This document shows positions 1 to 15,799 of a stretch of DNA of 64,000 bases, one piece after another. Position numbers and translations under genes: made by a program. This DNA comes from Eledone cirrhosa (taxonomy: Eukaryota): the NCBI GenBank assembly GCA_964016885.1, contig OZ024748.1, positions 7,874,001 to 7,938,000 of the forward strand, read 5' to 3'. How positions within the stretch are numbered: position 1 is the stretch's first letter; every line of letters begins with the position of its first letter. Under the pieces are notes generated by a model. That model ran no database searches and was not told the origin of the DNA. It saw only the letters and a list, made by a program, of their open reading frames with translations.

Positions 1-1881
1 TTATACATTTTAGAATTTCTATAATAATTATCAACTTAAAATTTGATATCGCACACTGTAAATGTGTTGATTCATGTAAGCAATAAATCTATTTAATCTA
101 AAGGTAGCAAGGAGAAAATTAAGATTTCTGATTAAAAAAAAAAAATATTTTATAATTTTATTTTGTCTTATTGCTTTCTAATTGTGATATCTTTGTGTGA
201 TATCTTTGTGATATTTTGTTATGTGAAGTGTTGTCTGTTGCATTTCATGTCGGCATTGTTAAATTTAGTTAATATTGTTTGTACTATATGCAAAAATCCT
301 TGTAGTAGCTATAGAAGTAGTAAATATTCAGTTTGACAAAATTACCATTATAGATGGGCTCAGCTCTCATTAATACTTAACAAAGATGTGTGCTCAGCAA
401 CAATTGCATTATTTTTTAAATTGCAGTCTATCAACATTTTTATTCTCTTTCTTATTAAATTACAGTTCATATATTTTGTTGTATGTTCTCCTTTTTAGTG
501 TTGTCCATTTACTTCACAATTTACATCTCAGAACAGTATGTGATATTACTGTTCTGAGTGTTCAGTTTTCATTTGAAATTATTGTTGTTAATAACATTAT
601 TTTTGCACTGTCTTATGAGAGTGATCTTTGGTTATTTATTGGCTCCATTTGGCAGAGAAATACAGAGTTAAAGTATTGATTAAAGAAATTGTTATTGCTG
701 GAAATAAATCTACAAGCAACGTGATGGACAAAAATATCAATTTTAAAATGATAGATTATGTTAAGATATATTTTGTTTTCTCTAAACAGAAAATATCATT
801 CCCCACTCCCACCAAAATATCCCCTAAAAAAACAAAAAACAAAAACGAAAAACAAAAAAACTACAAAAAAATATATATATATATATTATATTCTTTGAGT
901 TGGAATAAATAGTCTGTTGAAAAGTTTATCAGGTCGATGACAGTAATGATGATGATGGTTGTGGTAGTGGTGGTGAAGAGGATGATAATGGTGTTAATTA
1001 GGTTGAAGACTAATAAAAAAAAAAGATAAGTTATCCAGACTAACTACACATATTTGCATTATATTTTTGCCAGTAATTTTTTTTTTAGTCTTTCATCATT
1101 AAAATTCTATAATATCCCACTTTAATGGAAACAAAATTTGGCTTTGAAAGATTATCAAAATGTTTTCTCTCCCTGAAAAATGATCAAACAATGCTTAATA
1201 ATTGTAAAACACAAAATGAGATGTGAGTTGTAATTCGGCACAAATGTATAACTATCAATGTAAATTGTGCAAAAAAAAACCCCCAAAAAACCAAAAAAAC
1301 CACTGTTCCTGAATATCTGTGTCTTCTGAATAGAAACTTCTATCAAAAATTAATCTCAGAAAATAATTTTTGTTGGTTTTATTTTCCATTATGTAACATT
1401 ATTGTTTCTATTAAGGAATGAAATTACTATTCTCATTCAAAATTTTTAACTTTTTCTCTAATTATAATTTTTGTAATTGTATTTTACAAAAAAAAAAAAA
1501 ATGTATTTTGATATTTTATACTTATTTATTGAAATTGAAACATGAATTATTCTCTGCTTGTGTATTCAAGAACTTCAATTGGTTAAATGAGATCCTGTGA
1601 TAACCCATGAGCCAATGAAAATCTATGCATTGCACTTCGCCTTAGAAGCATCAGCTCTTTAAAATGTTTTTTCCTAAGCTAGTTTGCTGCATTATGCCTT
1701 ATGATGTCGAAGTAAAGTCATATAAAGGTCACCATAGAATCAACTAGTACCACAGAATGGTAGATTAGTTTTACTCATATTAATATATTAAATATATAAA
1801 TTTCTTAAATTCTCAAATGTAAGTTTGTACTGGTATAAGTGCCTCTATGTGAAGATACATATGTACATACACACACATATG

Positions 1882-1936
<55 letters not shown>

Positions 1937-2077
1937 AGTTTATGTTGGTTGTATACCAACACCTCAGTATGCAGGCTGGAGCACTCGACGAAGTGCGCAG
2001 GTTGGTTTGGTTACTCCGGAGTAGTGTAAAATAAAGTTAAATAAAAGTCAAATGATTAAAATTTAGCTTCGTTTATT

Positions 2078-2132
2078 ACTGCTATATATATTTCAGTGAC
2101 AGCCATCTTTGGCTGTGACCTCTTCAGGCAGT
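2078..2132 (-). ncRNA. Type I hammerhead ribozyme (mirror copy)
   Basis: Exact reverse complement of 2324-2378. Confidence 0.82.
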
Positions 2133-2323
2133 TTGAATTAGTATGGTATAGACAAGTACATATGTTGTTTAGGTGTATGATATTGTCAATACTCTGATAT
2201 GGAGTCATATGACTCCAGTTCCCCAGTGAATTAACAACCCAACAAGGAACTGGGCATATCAGAGTATTGACAATATCATACACCTAAACAACATATGTAC
2301 TTGTCTATACCATACTAATTCAA

Positions 2324-2378
2324 ACTGCCTGAAGAGGTCACAGCCAAAGATGGCTGTCACTGAAATATATATAGCAGT
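2324..2378 (+). ncRNA. Type I hammerhead ribozyme
   Basis: actgc CTGAAGA ggtcacagcca-aaga-tggctgtcact GAAA tatata TA gcagt; 5-bp stem I, palindromic stem III. Confidence 0.82.
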
Positions 2379-2425
2379 AATAAACGAAGCTAAATTTTAA
2401 TCATTTGACTTTTATTTAACTTTAT

Positions 2426-2479
<54 letters not shown>

Positions 2480-3470
2480 CACAAATATGCATATGTATGT
2501 TTATCATATGCATATATAAATACACACACATATATATACATATATGAATATGTATGTATATATAGATATGTGTGTGTGTATGTGTCTATATCTATATATA
2601 TATATATATACATATATACATATATACATATATTCATAGATATAGATATGTGTGTGTGTATGTGTCTAATATATCTATATATATATACATATATACATAT
2701 ATATATATACATATATTCATAGATATATATGTGTGTGTGTGTATATATATATATATACAAATATTCATACACATATATATATGTGTGTGTGTGTGTTAAC
2801 ACAAATATTCAGGAATGGTTCTCTCCACATTGACTACAGTTCTTGATTGGCAGACCAGGTGGTCAATACAGAGCTGTCACCATACATAGCCATTGTCAAG
2901 GTCAAAATATGACTGTCAACAGACCCAGCCACTGTCAAGGTCAAAATATGACTTTCAGTATATCAGTTATGGTTATGGCTGATATCTGACTAGCATCAGG
3001 CACAGCCATGGTCATTAAATAGTAAATTCTGTTCTGGTGGGGAATTAGTGCTGCTGTCTCACTGTTCTTCCTCCATCTTTTGTTTTCAAGGTTAGTCCTG
3101 CATATATTTTCAAAGGAGGAGATTAAGTGGTGAATACAACATCCCCATGCCTTGCAATCTGAGCTTATAATAGATCAATGGCATTGTTTCATTATCAGAG
3201 AGTCCTTATACTCCTTATCATGATGGTCAGTGGAGAGTTCAGTATTCAGTTCAACCTTAGACAGATGATGTCCCCTTTACCTTAGAAAAGTTCCTTGCCC
3301 ATTACAGCTGCGTCTTTAACAGCATCATCATCTCCATGGCAATCTCCATCAGGTCAAGGTCTTAATGTTGCTAATGAAGTTACTTCTATTTATGTGGAGG
3401 CACTATAAATACACACGCACAAACATACGCACTCACTCACACACACGTATATATATACATATATATATAT

Positions 3471-3525
<55 letters not shown>

Positions 3526-6500
3526 TATATGTGTGTACAGAGAAAGAGAGACAACGGAAGTCCATTCAGTGAATTTGCGCTAGAGAGGTTGTCATATCCT
3601 CAGCACAATAAAGTGTTGCAGCTACTCTTAAGTTTTTCCAAAGAGAAGACAATCTTTCTAGTTCTGGTGTCTGGATGACATGACCTTAGCACACTGTAAA
3701 GAGTTGCCATAATGAAAGACATACAGCCTAGGGAAACATCACACAAAATATAATTTCGACCAGCACAACTCTTCTTACCTATGACAGCATAAAACAGTGA
3801 ACAGGATTGGATGGTATATACACAATCATATACAGACACACATATGTACATACATACATAGAGAAGGTCACTCTGATATAAAGCCTGTGACTTTGTTTGT
3901 ATCTAATAATGTAGACCAGTTCTACTTTTTGGGTAAATGCATTCGATGTTCAGGGAGTGGGATTGGCTCCATGCAAAGCCTTCTCTCACTTAAAAAAAGC
4001 TTCAAGCACAGGCATCACTTGATATGTGACATTTTTGCGAAGCATGCTATTGCTGGCCATAAGCAAGTCCCTAACAGGACTAAAAAGCAATGTATGTGAT
4101 GCTTAAATATCAAGCAATATCATTACTCGAAATCAAGTTGCAGCCATCATATATATGTATGTGTATGTGTATATGTATATATAATATATATATATACTGG
4201 GCCTCCAAGAGAAATTTTGCAAGGCGGTACAAGACCCCTTTGGGCTCGAAGCAGGCAAAGATTTTCCTCGAAATGGATGTTGCAAGGTTGCTGTGGGGCC
4301 TTCTTAGCTCTTCGACCCCAGAACAATGTACCAGCTGGACTCCCCTCTTATAGGCCTTGTATATATGTATATATACATGATATTTTTTTCTGCTTTTAAT
4401 GGAATTGTGACCATGCTGGGGCACCACCTTCAAAAGTTGTTTAGTCAGTTTCATTGATCTCACTTGTTGTTCTGGTAATTAGTTTCTTATTCTCAAGAGA
4501 TACATATTCTACAGTTGACATTGGCAAGAGGAAAGATAGCTTAGTTTGACAGGAATACTGCTGTTTGAATGTACCAGTTTTCAATGTATTGCTGATATAA
4601 ATATAAATATACACACATACATACATACAAACATGCATATATATATATACATATATATATTTATTTATGTATATAGAGAGATATATGTATGTATATATAA
4701 CTTTGATATGCTTTGGCCAGTATTGGCCCAGGCCATGTCTAACTTAATAGCACCACCATATATATGTGTGTGTGTATACATATATCTATGCGTACTTGTT
4801 TAAATACTGGTAACTAGAAACGAATTAAGCATATTATCAACACAGGACCAATTAATGTTTGAGAATGTAATAGTCACACTATTATTTATATAATCACATC
4901 ATATTTAAAATAAAATTTCAATTACTAAGTGTTCTTGTTTCCCATTGACAAATCAGGATTACACTAGAATACAACAAATACTAAAGGAATTTCTGATCAT
5001 CATACTTACAAACATAAGTTTTTGTGCTAGAGTGCTTTGCGGTGAATAACCTTTCTTATTTTTGTGTTTGTTTTTTAACATAAAAGTATTTCAACATTGC
5101 TTGAGATTCCAGGAGATTCATAAAAAGCAGATATGATTATACGGTAGTTATATATATTTTCTAATATCCTACTATTATAACAAATTACATGTTTATTTTT
5201 TATTAATGTTTGGTCCCTAATCTATAAATTATTCTACAAATCTAGATGTGTAATACAGGAAAATATTAAACATTATTGAGGAATAAGAAAGAAATAATCT
5301 ATCTACTTTAAATCTGACACTACTAATCGTTAAATGTTAATGTCTAATTAACTTGGATCACAATATCGGTGCTGTGGATATATATATATATAAAAAGTTT
5401 TATCATCTTTTCTCTTTTCTTGAATAGGTTATGGCTTTGATCTTGTGCAATTATGACAAATTGTTAAATTATTGGGGTTGTGAACATCTCAGCTTGTACT
5501 TTCCTATTTAGGACTAAGAACAGCTGGTGTGTATCTTTTGAACCAAGTTTGTGCCTTTTTGCAGTGCTTTTTCTTTTCTAGTAGATTGTCAACTGACAGC
5601 ACTGCATGTGCAACAAAGACACAAGCCCTATCAAAGCAAACAAACCTTTACAAAATATAACTTATTTTTATAAAATAAAACAATTTGAAATCAAGAATAG
5701 ATTTAAAATAATAATGGATTTATATTAGTATCATTGATCTCTTGAAGGATGTTGAAGATTTTTCATTTTGAAAACCATTGACAATCCAGAGAAAATTTCA
5801 TTGAAATTTTCTTAAATGGACAGTGCTCATCTTGCTGTCAACTAGTATAGAAATTGGTATTCAGATTGCTATTATTAAAAATATGAATTAATTATTTACT
5901 GATATTAAAGTTCAGAAAAATGTTCAGTTTCATCAAACAATTCTATATTTTGTTCTCAAAACATATTACTACATAATCACATTAGTAACAAAAAAAAAAC
6001 AAACAAAGAAAGTAAAATACCCTAAAAGAAATGTAATAGAAAGCCTTAAATGTTGTTAAAGTCATGATTACCCTGTATCTATTCAAATACCAAAATTAGT
6101 AATGTACCTAAAAAAGGAAGTTAACTGAAATTTTAAAATGAAAGGAAAATTCATTAAGAAATCCTATTAATTTTCACTAGTGTACAATTTCTTCTCTTTT
6201 TAAGACATTTATAATCTAAACCTTGGGACCTGAAAATTCTCTATCAATTAATCCTTAATTTTAGTATTGTTTTTAATATCTTTTGTCAATAATTTAAAAT
6301 TGACTTTCCTTCTGTACCTTTTCTAAAGAGAACTAGTCATAAATTATATTATTGCTGCTCCCAGTTCAACCACGAAAGCCACATTTGTCGATAATTGTGG
6401 CCATTACAAATGATGTTTCCTACACTACACCTGCAGACATCATATATGCTCGTGACCATCAGTTTTTTTATTTGTGTCCTGCACTAACTTTTATTTTAAC

Positions 6501-8569
6501 TTTTGGTCCTAATAATTTGCTTTTTTTCCAAATAATAATATTTAAAGCATAATCTGTTGTAATATCATTTCATAGAAATAAAAAAAAAAAAAACCTATTT
6601 TAACTGCTATCATTTATATTTCTGGTCTGCACCATTATTTTCATTGCTTTTTCTACTGCAATCTAGCATGTGGAATTTGACTCTTAGGTTGGAGCTATGC
6701 CACTCTCAATCTACCTTGTCTTGCTGTTGTGCATGTGATCAAGCACATTGTCATCGCCAAATCTAGACACATTTTTGTTTGTTAAAAGAGCTACATTTAA
6801 CTGGTCATTTTACAAAATACTTTTTAATACAACAAATTCTTAAATGTATGTATACATAACACTATAAAGTCATATGAAAAAAAAAAAAGGAATGAAAAAC
6901 ATGAATTAATATATTATGTTATTATTTAATGTTGTTGTTTTTTTTGTATCCTTTTGAGTACAGCTATGTTAAATCATTTCTACTTCATATAGCCATGTTT
7001 AAGTATAACTATTATGATTGATCTCAGCAAAATTTCATTTGACAGTTTATACCTTAAAATGAAAATTGCACTAAATATTTCTCTGATTAGAATTAATAAG
7101 TATGATATCATAGATTATTATACCTTGAACATACATTAAATTGAGAGAGATGATATTAAATTTAATGCTAACTTTCTCATACATATTTATATATATACTA
7201 GCCACACATATATATATAGGTATATATATATATATATATACATATATAGAGAGAGCTAATATATATATATATATGTGTGTGAATAGTAATGCCATAGTAA
7301 GATTTTATTTGATAAATTAACAAATTTTTAATTCACGTAAATGAACAATTTTGGAATATATCATGGGAACTTTAATTTTAAATGTTGCAAATAATTACTT
7401 AATAAAAAATCATACTACTTGAAATATATTGTATGATATCCAGATATTTAAATAATTCAAATTTAATATAATGGAAGTTGAAACTATATAGAAACTATAA
7501 AATTATTGCCACCAAACAAAATAAAAACTAATTCTTATTCTTAAATATTTATTTATATACTTGATAGATATTGAAACTTTCTTACATATGCACTATTGTT
7601 TTTAAGATAGATTCAGTCGTTGATTTTTAACTACAACATAAAATTTATTCAAGTATTTATAATTAAATAGCTTTAGTTATAAAGTGCATTTTTTTTTTTT
7701 TCGAAATAAATCTTTCTCTGAAATCCTTTTAATAATATTTTATATGATCTCAATAATTTTTTTCTTTACATTATTTCATGATAACATTTAATGAAATGTG
7801 TCATTTCCCACCTTGAAACTTTAAACACTGTTGTAATACCGCAGTAATGAAAAAAAAAGTACAAAATGTTTATATTATACATAATATAAAATAGCTCAGA
7901 TATCATATATTTTGATATCAATTATTAGGTATATTGTGGTTTCTCATTATTATTTAAAGATTTTGAGTGAATAACATTTAATCCTAAATATGATACAAGT
8001 TATTATTTAAATAATCTGGATATATACACACGTTTATCTATATATTATATATTCATATAATTATGTTTTATGCACAATGTTATGAATAAATTATTTGTGT
8101 GTGTTTATATATATATATATACAACCATATAAGAATAACCATCTACTATGTGCATGTAAATACATCTTTACATGAGTGAACATAATTTCCATATAATAAT
8201 TAAGAAGAAATAAGTTCACTATTTCATCACCCATATATTAATCTTTATTTCCTTTTCAAAGAAATAAGAAAGACATATCTCATTCTAGTTTTGATATATC
8301 TTGGGTAATTTCCCCCTAAACTCCTAATACATCTTTGTGTGGTAATTGGAATCAATTGAGAAGGAAGCATGCTGCTCACAGATTCACAAAAATGTTTTTA
8401 GCTTATATCAATCAAGCTATAACTTATGAGCTCCTAATCAGATAATCTATCTGCTCATCATTTTCACTCTACAAAGAAAGAAAATATAATTAAATAAGGC
8501 ATCACGTAAATAAAAAATGTATTTAGATTCCAAATGGAAATCTCAGGTTTGAAAAAAATCTATTAGTTC

Positions 8570-8836
<267 letters not shown>

Positions 8837-9166
8837 TTCAAACTACCTCATTTGCTCTGAAGGAAGTACTGCATTCATCTTAGTTTTATTTATTGGTAAA
8901 AATGTTGTATAGTAATCAATTAAATCCCAATATCCCTTTAATTTTTAAATGGGGTATGTGCAATATCAAAACATTATTTTCTCAACTTTTCTATAAATTA
9001 TATTCTGATAAAATCATCTTATTTTCAGTATTATTTTTATTCCCTTTTTTTTTTGGTTATGAAGAGTGCTATAAGTTGTAGTTTTGGTAATCAAACTTAT
9101 GGTCTAACTTTGATTCCCAGTTGTAATTACTTTACTTATATTACTAATGCCATTCAGAGAGGCATG

Positions 9167-9311
<145 letters not shown>

Positions 9312-9365
9312 GTATATACATATGTCAATTACTTTACTTATATCGCTAATGCCATTCAGAGAGGC

Positions 9366-9402
<37 letters not shown>

Positions 9403-9870
9403 AATTTCCACTTTATTTTTTATCAACATAAAACAAATCTGTATTAGGAAGTAAATTGTATTGTACACTTAGTTGGCCTGAGATTGTTAGTTCTGAAATA
9501 AAAATGTGTCTTGTTGGCATGTTACTGGAAGTTGATTGAATCATGATGTATTTTATACAAGGAGAGTTATTTTCATTGTTTCCATTTATTCTGAATATTT
9601 CTATTACTGGTCCTGGAGCACTGCAAAGATAACAATTAAGTGTAAATCAGACAGCTATATGAATGTACTGCCAAAGATGGAATAAATTTTGATTATTTAT
9701 CAACAATATCTTATTTTTAGTTTTTTATTTTTAAATTTTGTTTTTTATTTAACTTTTAAACTTTTCATTTACCATACTTGTAATGAAGACATTGCCTATG
9801 TTTTTTATTCTTTCTGATTCATAAATTTCTCCTTCTATATCTTTATTGTTCAAGCCCCTCTTTGTACTCC

Positions 9871-10063
9871 AGACCTGTCAACTCTTCCCGTCCGATGGGG
9901 AGAACTCCCACCCACTTTCACGTGGGTAAGAGATGTCTTCTCTTGTGAAAAGGGGTATAGTTTTCATTATGTATAATCTCCCCATTTTGCCTTATTTCTC
10001 CCCGTTTTGAGGCACTTTTTTTCATGGTACTCCAAGTTTGGGTTTTTAGAGGTTGACAGGTCT
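9871..10063. mobile_element. MITE with CAGACCTGYCAA TIRs (also 42470-42630, 51640-51782, 57258-57443, and interrupted near 26.6-26.9 kb)
   Basis: cagacctgtcaac...gttgacaggtct ends; shared internal tttcattatgtaaaat block. Confidence 0.75.
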
Positions 10064-10263
10064 TATTGTTAGAATAATCAGGGCAGCCTCTATATAGTTC
10101 TTATATCTGCTACTAATAACAGTCTTTAAAATATATACATGAGATAAGGTGGTTCGATGGTCATGGCTGGAACATCTTTGATCTAAGTCTACTCCTTCAG
10201 TGCTGGCTTGGGGCTACACAACAGCAAGATGTATATAGGCCGCTATCACCTTGTACTCTCACT

Positions 10264-10600
10264 AGATCTTAGCAAAAATGACTTACAGAGATCCAAAGTC
10301 CCTGGTACAATACTCCCTACCATGCTGAACTCTCACCAGATCTTAGCAAGGATGACTTACAGAGATCCAAAGTCCCTGGTACAATACTCCCTACCATGCT
10401 GAACTCTCACCAGATCTTAGCAAGGATGACTTACAGAGATCCAAAGTCCCTGTTACAATGCTCCCTACCATACTGAACTCTCACCAGATCTTAGCAAGGA
10501 TGACTTACAGAGATCCAAAGTCCCTGTTACAATGCTCCCTACCACACTGAACTCTCACCAGATCTTAGCAAGGATGACTTACAACTACCCAAAGTCCCTA
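10264..10600. repeat. 74-bp tandem repeat, ~4.5 copies
   Basis: agatcttagca recurs at 10264, 10338, 10412, 10486, 10560. Confidence 0.95.
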
Positions 10601-11684
10601 TCATTAGAAGTGTTTGGGTAAGTTATTATTTAAATCCAATGCAACGAATATTTAAAAAAAGCAAATTAGAAATGAATATGAGGCGAGAAGAAAAGACGGC
10701 TGAGGATAATATTGTTTCAGCTTTATTCTGGTCTCATCATTGTACTTGCTAAATATGTCACCCACAAAAAGTTTAGGGACAAAAGAGAGTATAATTGTTT
10801 AGGGAAGGGGTCTCAAACACGAGGACCACAAACAATGTTTCTATGGCCTGTGGCAAAACAAAAGAAGATTTAATTGGAAAATTTATCCCTTTACATTTTG
10901 TAATAATTCACATACCCCACTTACTATCATATGTACAGTCATTTTGATAGAAATAAACACATAATAATAAATAGCAGTCTATCAGCTATTGCAGTTTGGT
11001 ATTATAACAGGTAGGACCTCACCTCATCTCACCTTTGGACTACTGTGCCTCTCCCCAAGGACATAATGGCTCTTTTGAGTTCTTGAGTTTCAGACTCTTG
11101 GTTCATGGATTAGTAATTCAGAGGTGATGGTGGTACACCTCCAAACTTCATAGTTTTTTGTTTAAAGACCAGAGTCAATGAAGCACAACTCCAAGACACT
11201 AGATTGATGAATTATAAGGAAACTACAACTTCCATTTGGGTAAGTAAAACTGAGGCTGACAGAACCTTTCAATGGTAACAGAGAACCTGGAATCCATTTC
11301 TATCAAGGCTGGGAAGATGGACAGTAAGTATTGAAGTATCAATCTCTTCTTCTTGTCATCTAATTATAGTGAGGTCAACCCTTCTATTTACTGATACTAT
11401 ATTGAATTAGGCAGCAAATTGGCTGAGTTGTTAAGACATTGGATAGAATGCTTTACGGTATTTGTCCCACCTCATTGCGTGCTTGGAATTCAAATCCTGC
11501 CATGGTCAACTTTGCCTTTCATGAAGAAATGGGCATTAAACAACGATGATGATGATTATATATATATATAAGTACATGTTTATATGTGTATATGTATATA
11601 TATATACACACATATATATATACACACATACATATATATATACATATATATATTTATATATATATATATATATGTATATATATG

Positions 11685-11764
<80 letters not shown>

Positions 11765-11846
11765 TAGAAAGGATAACAAGGACGATTGATTACTCCTTCA
11801 TTGCATTTATTGATAGGTGACGCATGTTTCCTAGTTACACCCCCTG

Positions 11847-11912
<66 letters not shown>

Positions 11913-12681
11913 CATATATAACATTCACTATGTTACTTCCAGCTGATGTAATATGAGAATATTTTCATCCTCATATCACTTATTTACCATTTAAACCATC
12001 TTCCATTTCTCACATGTTTCTTTGGTCGTTTAAGCTCTTCACATTCATTTATTTTAAATGGCAGATGAAGATTTATCTACAGCTATGTTTAGTGAAATAT
12101 TAATTAGTAGTAGTATGAGAGCAGGAGGGCAGGAGCATATATGCATGTGTACTTTTGCCAGTGTTAGGGGTGAGGGCGAATGAGAGAAGCACAAGAAAAT
12201 AGCATTTTATATCAAATATGATATTATGTAGCTGGGTTTTATGGCTCTCTCTCTAGACATATTTTTCAACTGTTAAATGTCAAATTTTAGTCAATCACTC
12301 TTATGCAGTAGGGGGAAGAAAATGTTTCCTGTACTATGCTTCTACTTACCTAATTCCTTACCTTATTTCTGATGAGAAGAGTGCTTATGACTTTCAAAGA
12401 ATTTCAAAAATAATCAAGAAATTGAAGGGATTTAGTAATATAACTAAATTTCTTGTTATTATGCTGGTGTTTGGAACATAGCAAATGTCCTTGGGTGAAA
12501 TTATGATGAAAGGGTTTTTTTTTATATATAAATATAAACAATTATACAGCGTGTAACAGGTAAATTGGGACCATTTTAGTATCTTTATTATAATTACTAT
12601 AACGTGGAAAAATCAAACACTGGAATTTTATGTTTATGTCAATTTATTGTGGAGTGTTTAGCACTTCATCATTTAACATCC

Positions 12682-12717
<36 letters not shown>

Positions 12718-12882
12718 GAGGTTATATTTAATTTGTTGGGATTCAACAAGCTTAAACATTTTTATAACTGATATAAAGCACTCAACAAGTTAGTGGAGTA
12801 AATATACAAGTAAATTACCTTGGTCGCCCTTGAAATATATATAATAAAATAATTATGGTTTTATAAATATAGTTTTCATTTA

Positions 12883-12960
<78 letters not shown>

Positions 12961-13455
12961 ATGTGTAGACTTAGGAATATCTGTGATTGTTTAATCGTAG
13001 TACAACATTAAAGTATGATCTTCTAACACCCTCCTTTTTCTCATATAGATATTCCCTCATTATAAGCCTAAAGGCAGCACCCAAGTAGATTATTAGAAAT
13101 CAAAGAGATAGACAACATATGAAGAATATATTGCCCTGAAGTATAAATAGAATTATGTTATAGTTGCTATGTTAATTGGTACAAAGTTTTCTTATATCTA
13201 GTTTCATACTGATCTTGAATTACAGCAATAGTAACTTAATAACAGAGACCTAGATTATCTTATATATATTGCTTCTATTTACAGGAGCTGTGCCCTTTTT
13301 ACAGTTTACCATTAATTACTGGAGTGTTTATGTATTCATTATTTTCGATTATAAAACAAAATAAAGTCTCAATTGACTAATTTAATAACTTTCTCTCTCT
13401 CTCTATATATATATATATCTGCCCGTCCCCTCAATCTATCTTATTTCTCATTCTT

Positions 13456-13491
13456 TCTTTTGATGAGGGACTAGCATCCGAAACGTTAAGA
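13456..13491 (+). ncRNA. Minimal hammerhead-like motif (C3-to-U variant)
   Basis: tctt TTGATGA g gga-ctagca-tcc GAAA cg TT aaga, within a short unit between microsatellites. Confidence 0.55.
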
Positions 13492-13655
13492 CCCTCTTCC
13501 TGCTATATCAAGCATTAACCTAATATATCCCTTCCATATACTGTACCGATTGTGTTGTTATTTCTGTTTTACACATATATATATATATATAAGTATATCC
13601 TGATGATTTCTCCCGAATGAAACAGTTATAGTCCTATAGAAGCCTTTTCTATATT

Positions 13656-13760
<105 letters not shown>

Positions 13761-14429
13761 AAGAGGTATAAGTTAATATTCCTTAATTTACTTCTTTTAA
13801 ATTATGAAATGTTGGCTTATACCTCTTGTTTATAATTTACTCTGGAGTTAGCAGACCCTCTTGTGGACTTCGTTGAGTGCTCTACCCTGCATAAAAGCAG
13901 GGAAAAGCAGTTGTAAAATCATGATGATGATATATATATATATAGTATACATACCTTTCAGTCTCTCTGTCTCAAAGGTCTGTACGGTAGAGCTACCTTA
14001 TGCCCACAACCACATCCCAATATATTCATTCTTAAGAAACTAATTATTTTTTATTAACATGGACTCGTAGTATTCCATAGCCACAAAAAATAGATCAGAG
14101 ATAGAATTGCTTTATTTTTCGTCATTAATTTGTTGAAAACTAATGCTTTGTGGGGAAATAAACTTCCCAACTATAATAACACAAACTATTGACCAAAATA
14201 ACTAAGAATTCTGTAAAACAAGGCATAACATTAATAACCTTTTACAGAAATGATCAAGTTGAAGGAAATAATAATGATTTCTACTATAGGCACAAGGCCA
14301 GCAATTTAAGGGGAGGAGAAAGTCAATTAAATCGATTCCAGTGCATTACTGGTACTTTATTTTATCGACCTCCATAAGGATGAAAGACAAAGCTAACGAT
14401 TGAAGGAAATAATATTGAAAACAAATAAT

Positions 14430-14612
14430 AATTGTTTCTACTTTAGGCACAAGGCCAGCAAATACCCAGTGCATTACAGGTACTTTATTTTATCGACCCC
14501 GTAAGGATGAAAGGCAAAGTCAACCTCGGCGGGATTTGAACTCAGATCCTAAAGGGACGTAACTATGCTGGAAAGCATGGCGTCCGACCCTCTACCGATA
14601 CTGTCAATCCAC
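14430..14612 (-). mobile_element. tRNA-derived SINE family A (cephalopod-type), near full length
   Basis: B-box gagttcaaatccc, core gcctttcatccttacggggtcgataaaataaagtacc, tail gtagaaacaat. Confidence 0.88.
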
Positions 14613-15749
14613 AAATAATAATACTATTGTATAGATATAAAAATTTGAGAGTACATTGCAGTAATAAGTGTTATCATGCAAAAATATATTCTAAAGAATA
14701 TTTGAGAAGCTTTTTAAAAGATTAGATATGAAAATAACAAATATATTGAAGTGTATGCAGTGTTCAAGTAGCGACAAAGATATTATTGGCTATACTTGCA
14801 AATAAAACCAGGAATAGTTTTTAATTGTTATTAATGTAATAAATGTAAACAATCTATTATTGTAATAAAGAAATTAGAACGAATATATATGTGTGTATAC
14901 ATATATACACACACACACATATATACATACGTATATATATATGTATATAAATATATACATATAAATATATACATACATATATATATACATACATATAAAC
15001 ATACATATATGATGGCTGCCCCCTCGTTATCGAGTGTGGCCATTGCACGATATACCATTATTAATAATTATTAACTAATTCTATTGTGCAATGCCTGTGC
15101 ATAAAGATATTTTTTAAAGTGAGGAAAGACTGTGCACTGAGCCAATCCCACTCTCTGAGCGACAGTAGTTATATCCCGAAAAGAAGAGATCAACATCATC
15201 GGTAACTACTGAGCCACAGGTTTTATATCGGAGTTATCCCAGTTTCCTGAGTTGCCTTCTCCTAGAAGAATGCCCTGACAAAGGCTAGGGATCCTTCACT
15301 CCCAGTGGTTTAACCGCGCGGTACATGTGTATATACATATTTACATACTTTTGGATGGCCGTTGACTTTATGAGTTCTTCCCCCTTTTGTCAGGTTTTGT
15401 TTTTTGTCCTGCAGGATGTCCAATCACCCACCTCACCAAGTAAACTTGGTGGGGTTACCGGTTTAGTCGCCGACGACCCGACCATGCGACAGGTTGTACT
15501 GGGTTACATGTTACCATATATATATATATACATACACATATATATATATATACATACACATATATATATATACATACAGATATATATATATATATACATA
15601 CAGATATATATATATACATACGCACATATATATATATACATATACATATATATACATATACATATATATATATACACATATACATATATATATATATACA
15701 CATATACATATATACACATATACATATATATACATATACATATACATAC

Positions 15750-15784
<35 letters not shown>

Positions 15785-15799
15785 CATACATACACATAC

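Larger units (their letters stand above)
2030..2426. mobile_element. Perfect fold-back element (172-bp arms, 53-bp loop) with a hammerhead in each arm
   Basis: 2030-2201 is the reverse complement of 2255-2426; right end abuts (TA)n. Confidence 0.9.

Noticed and set aside
386-1600. Short hydrophobic ORFs at the left end
   Set aside because: T-rich composition explains them; no splice-consistent exon or domain recognised.
10264-10600. CRISPR-like periodicity (also 43760-45690 and 58161-58566)
   Set aside because: Whole units repeat with no unique spacers; eukaryotic context and no cas genes.
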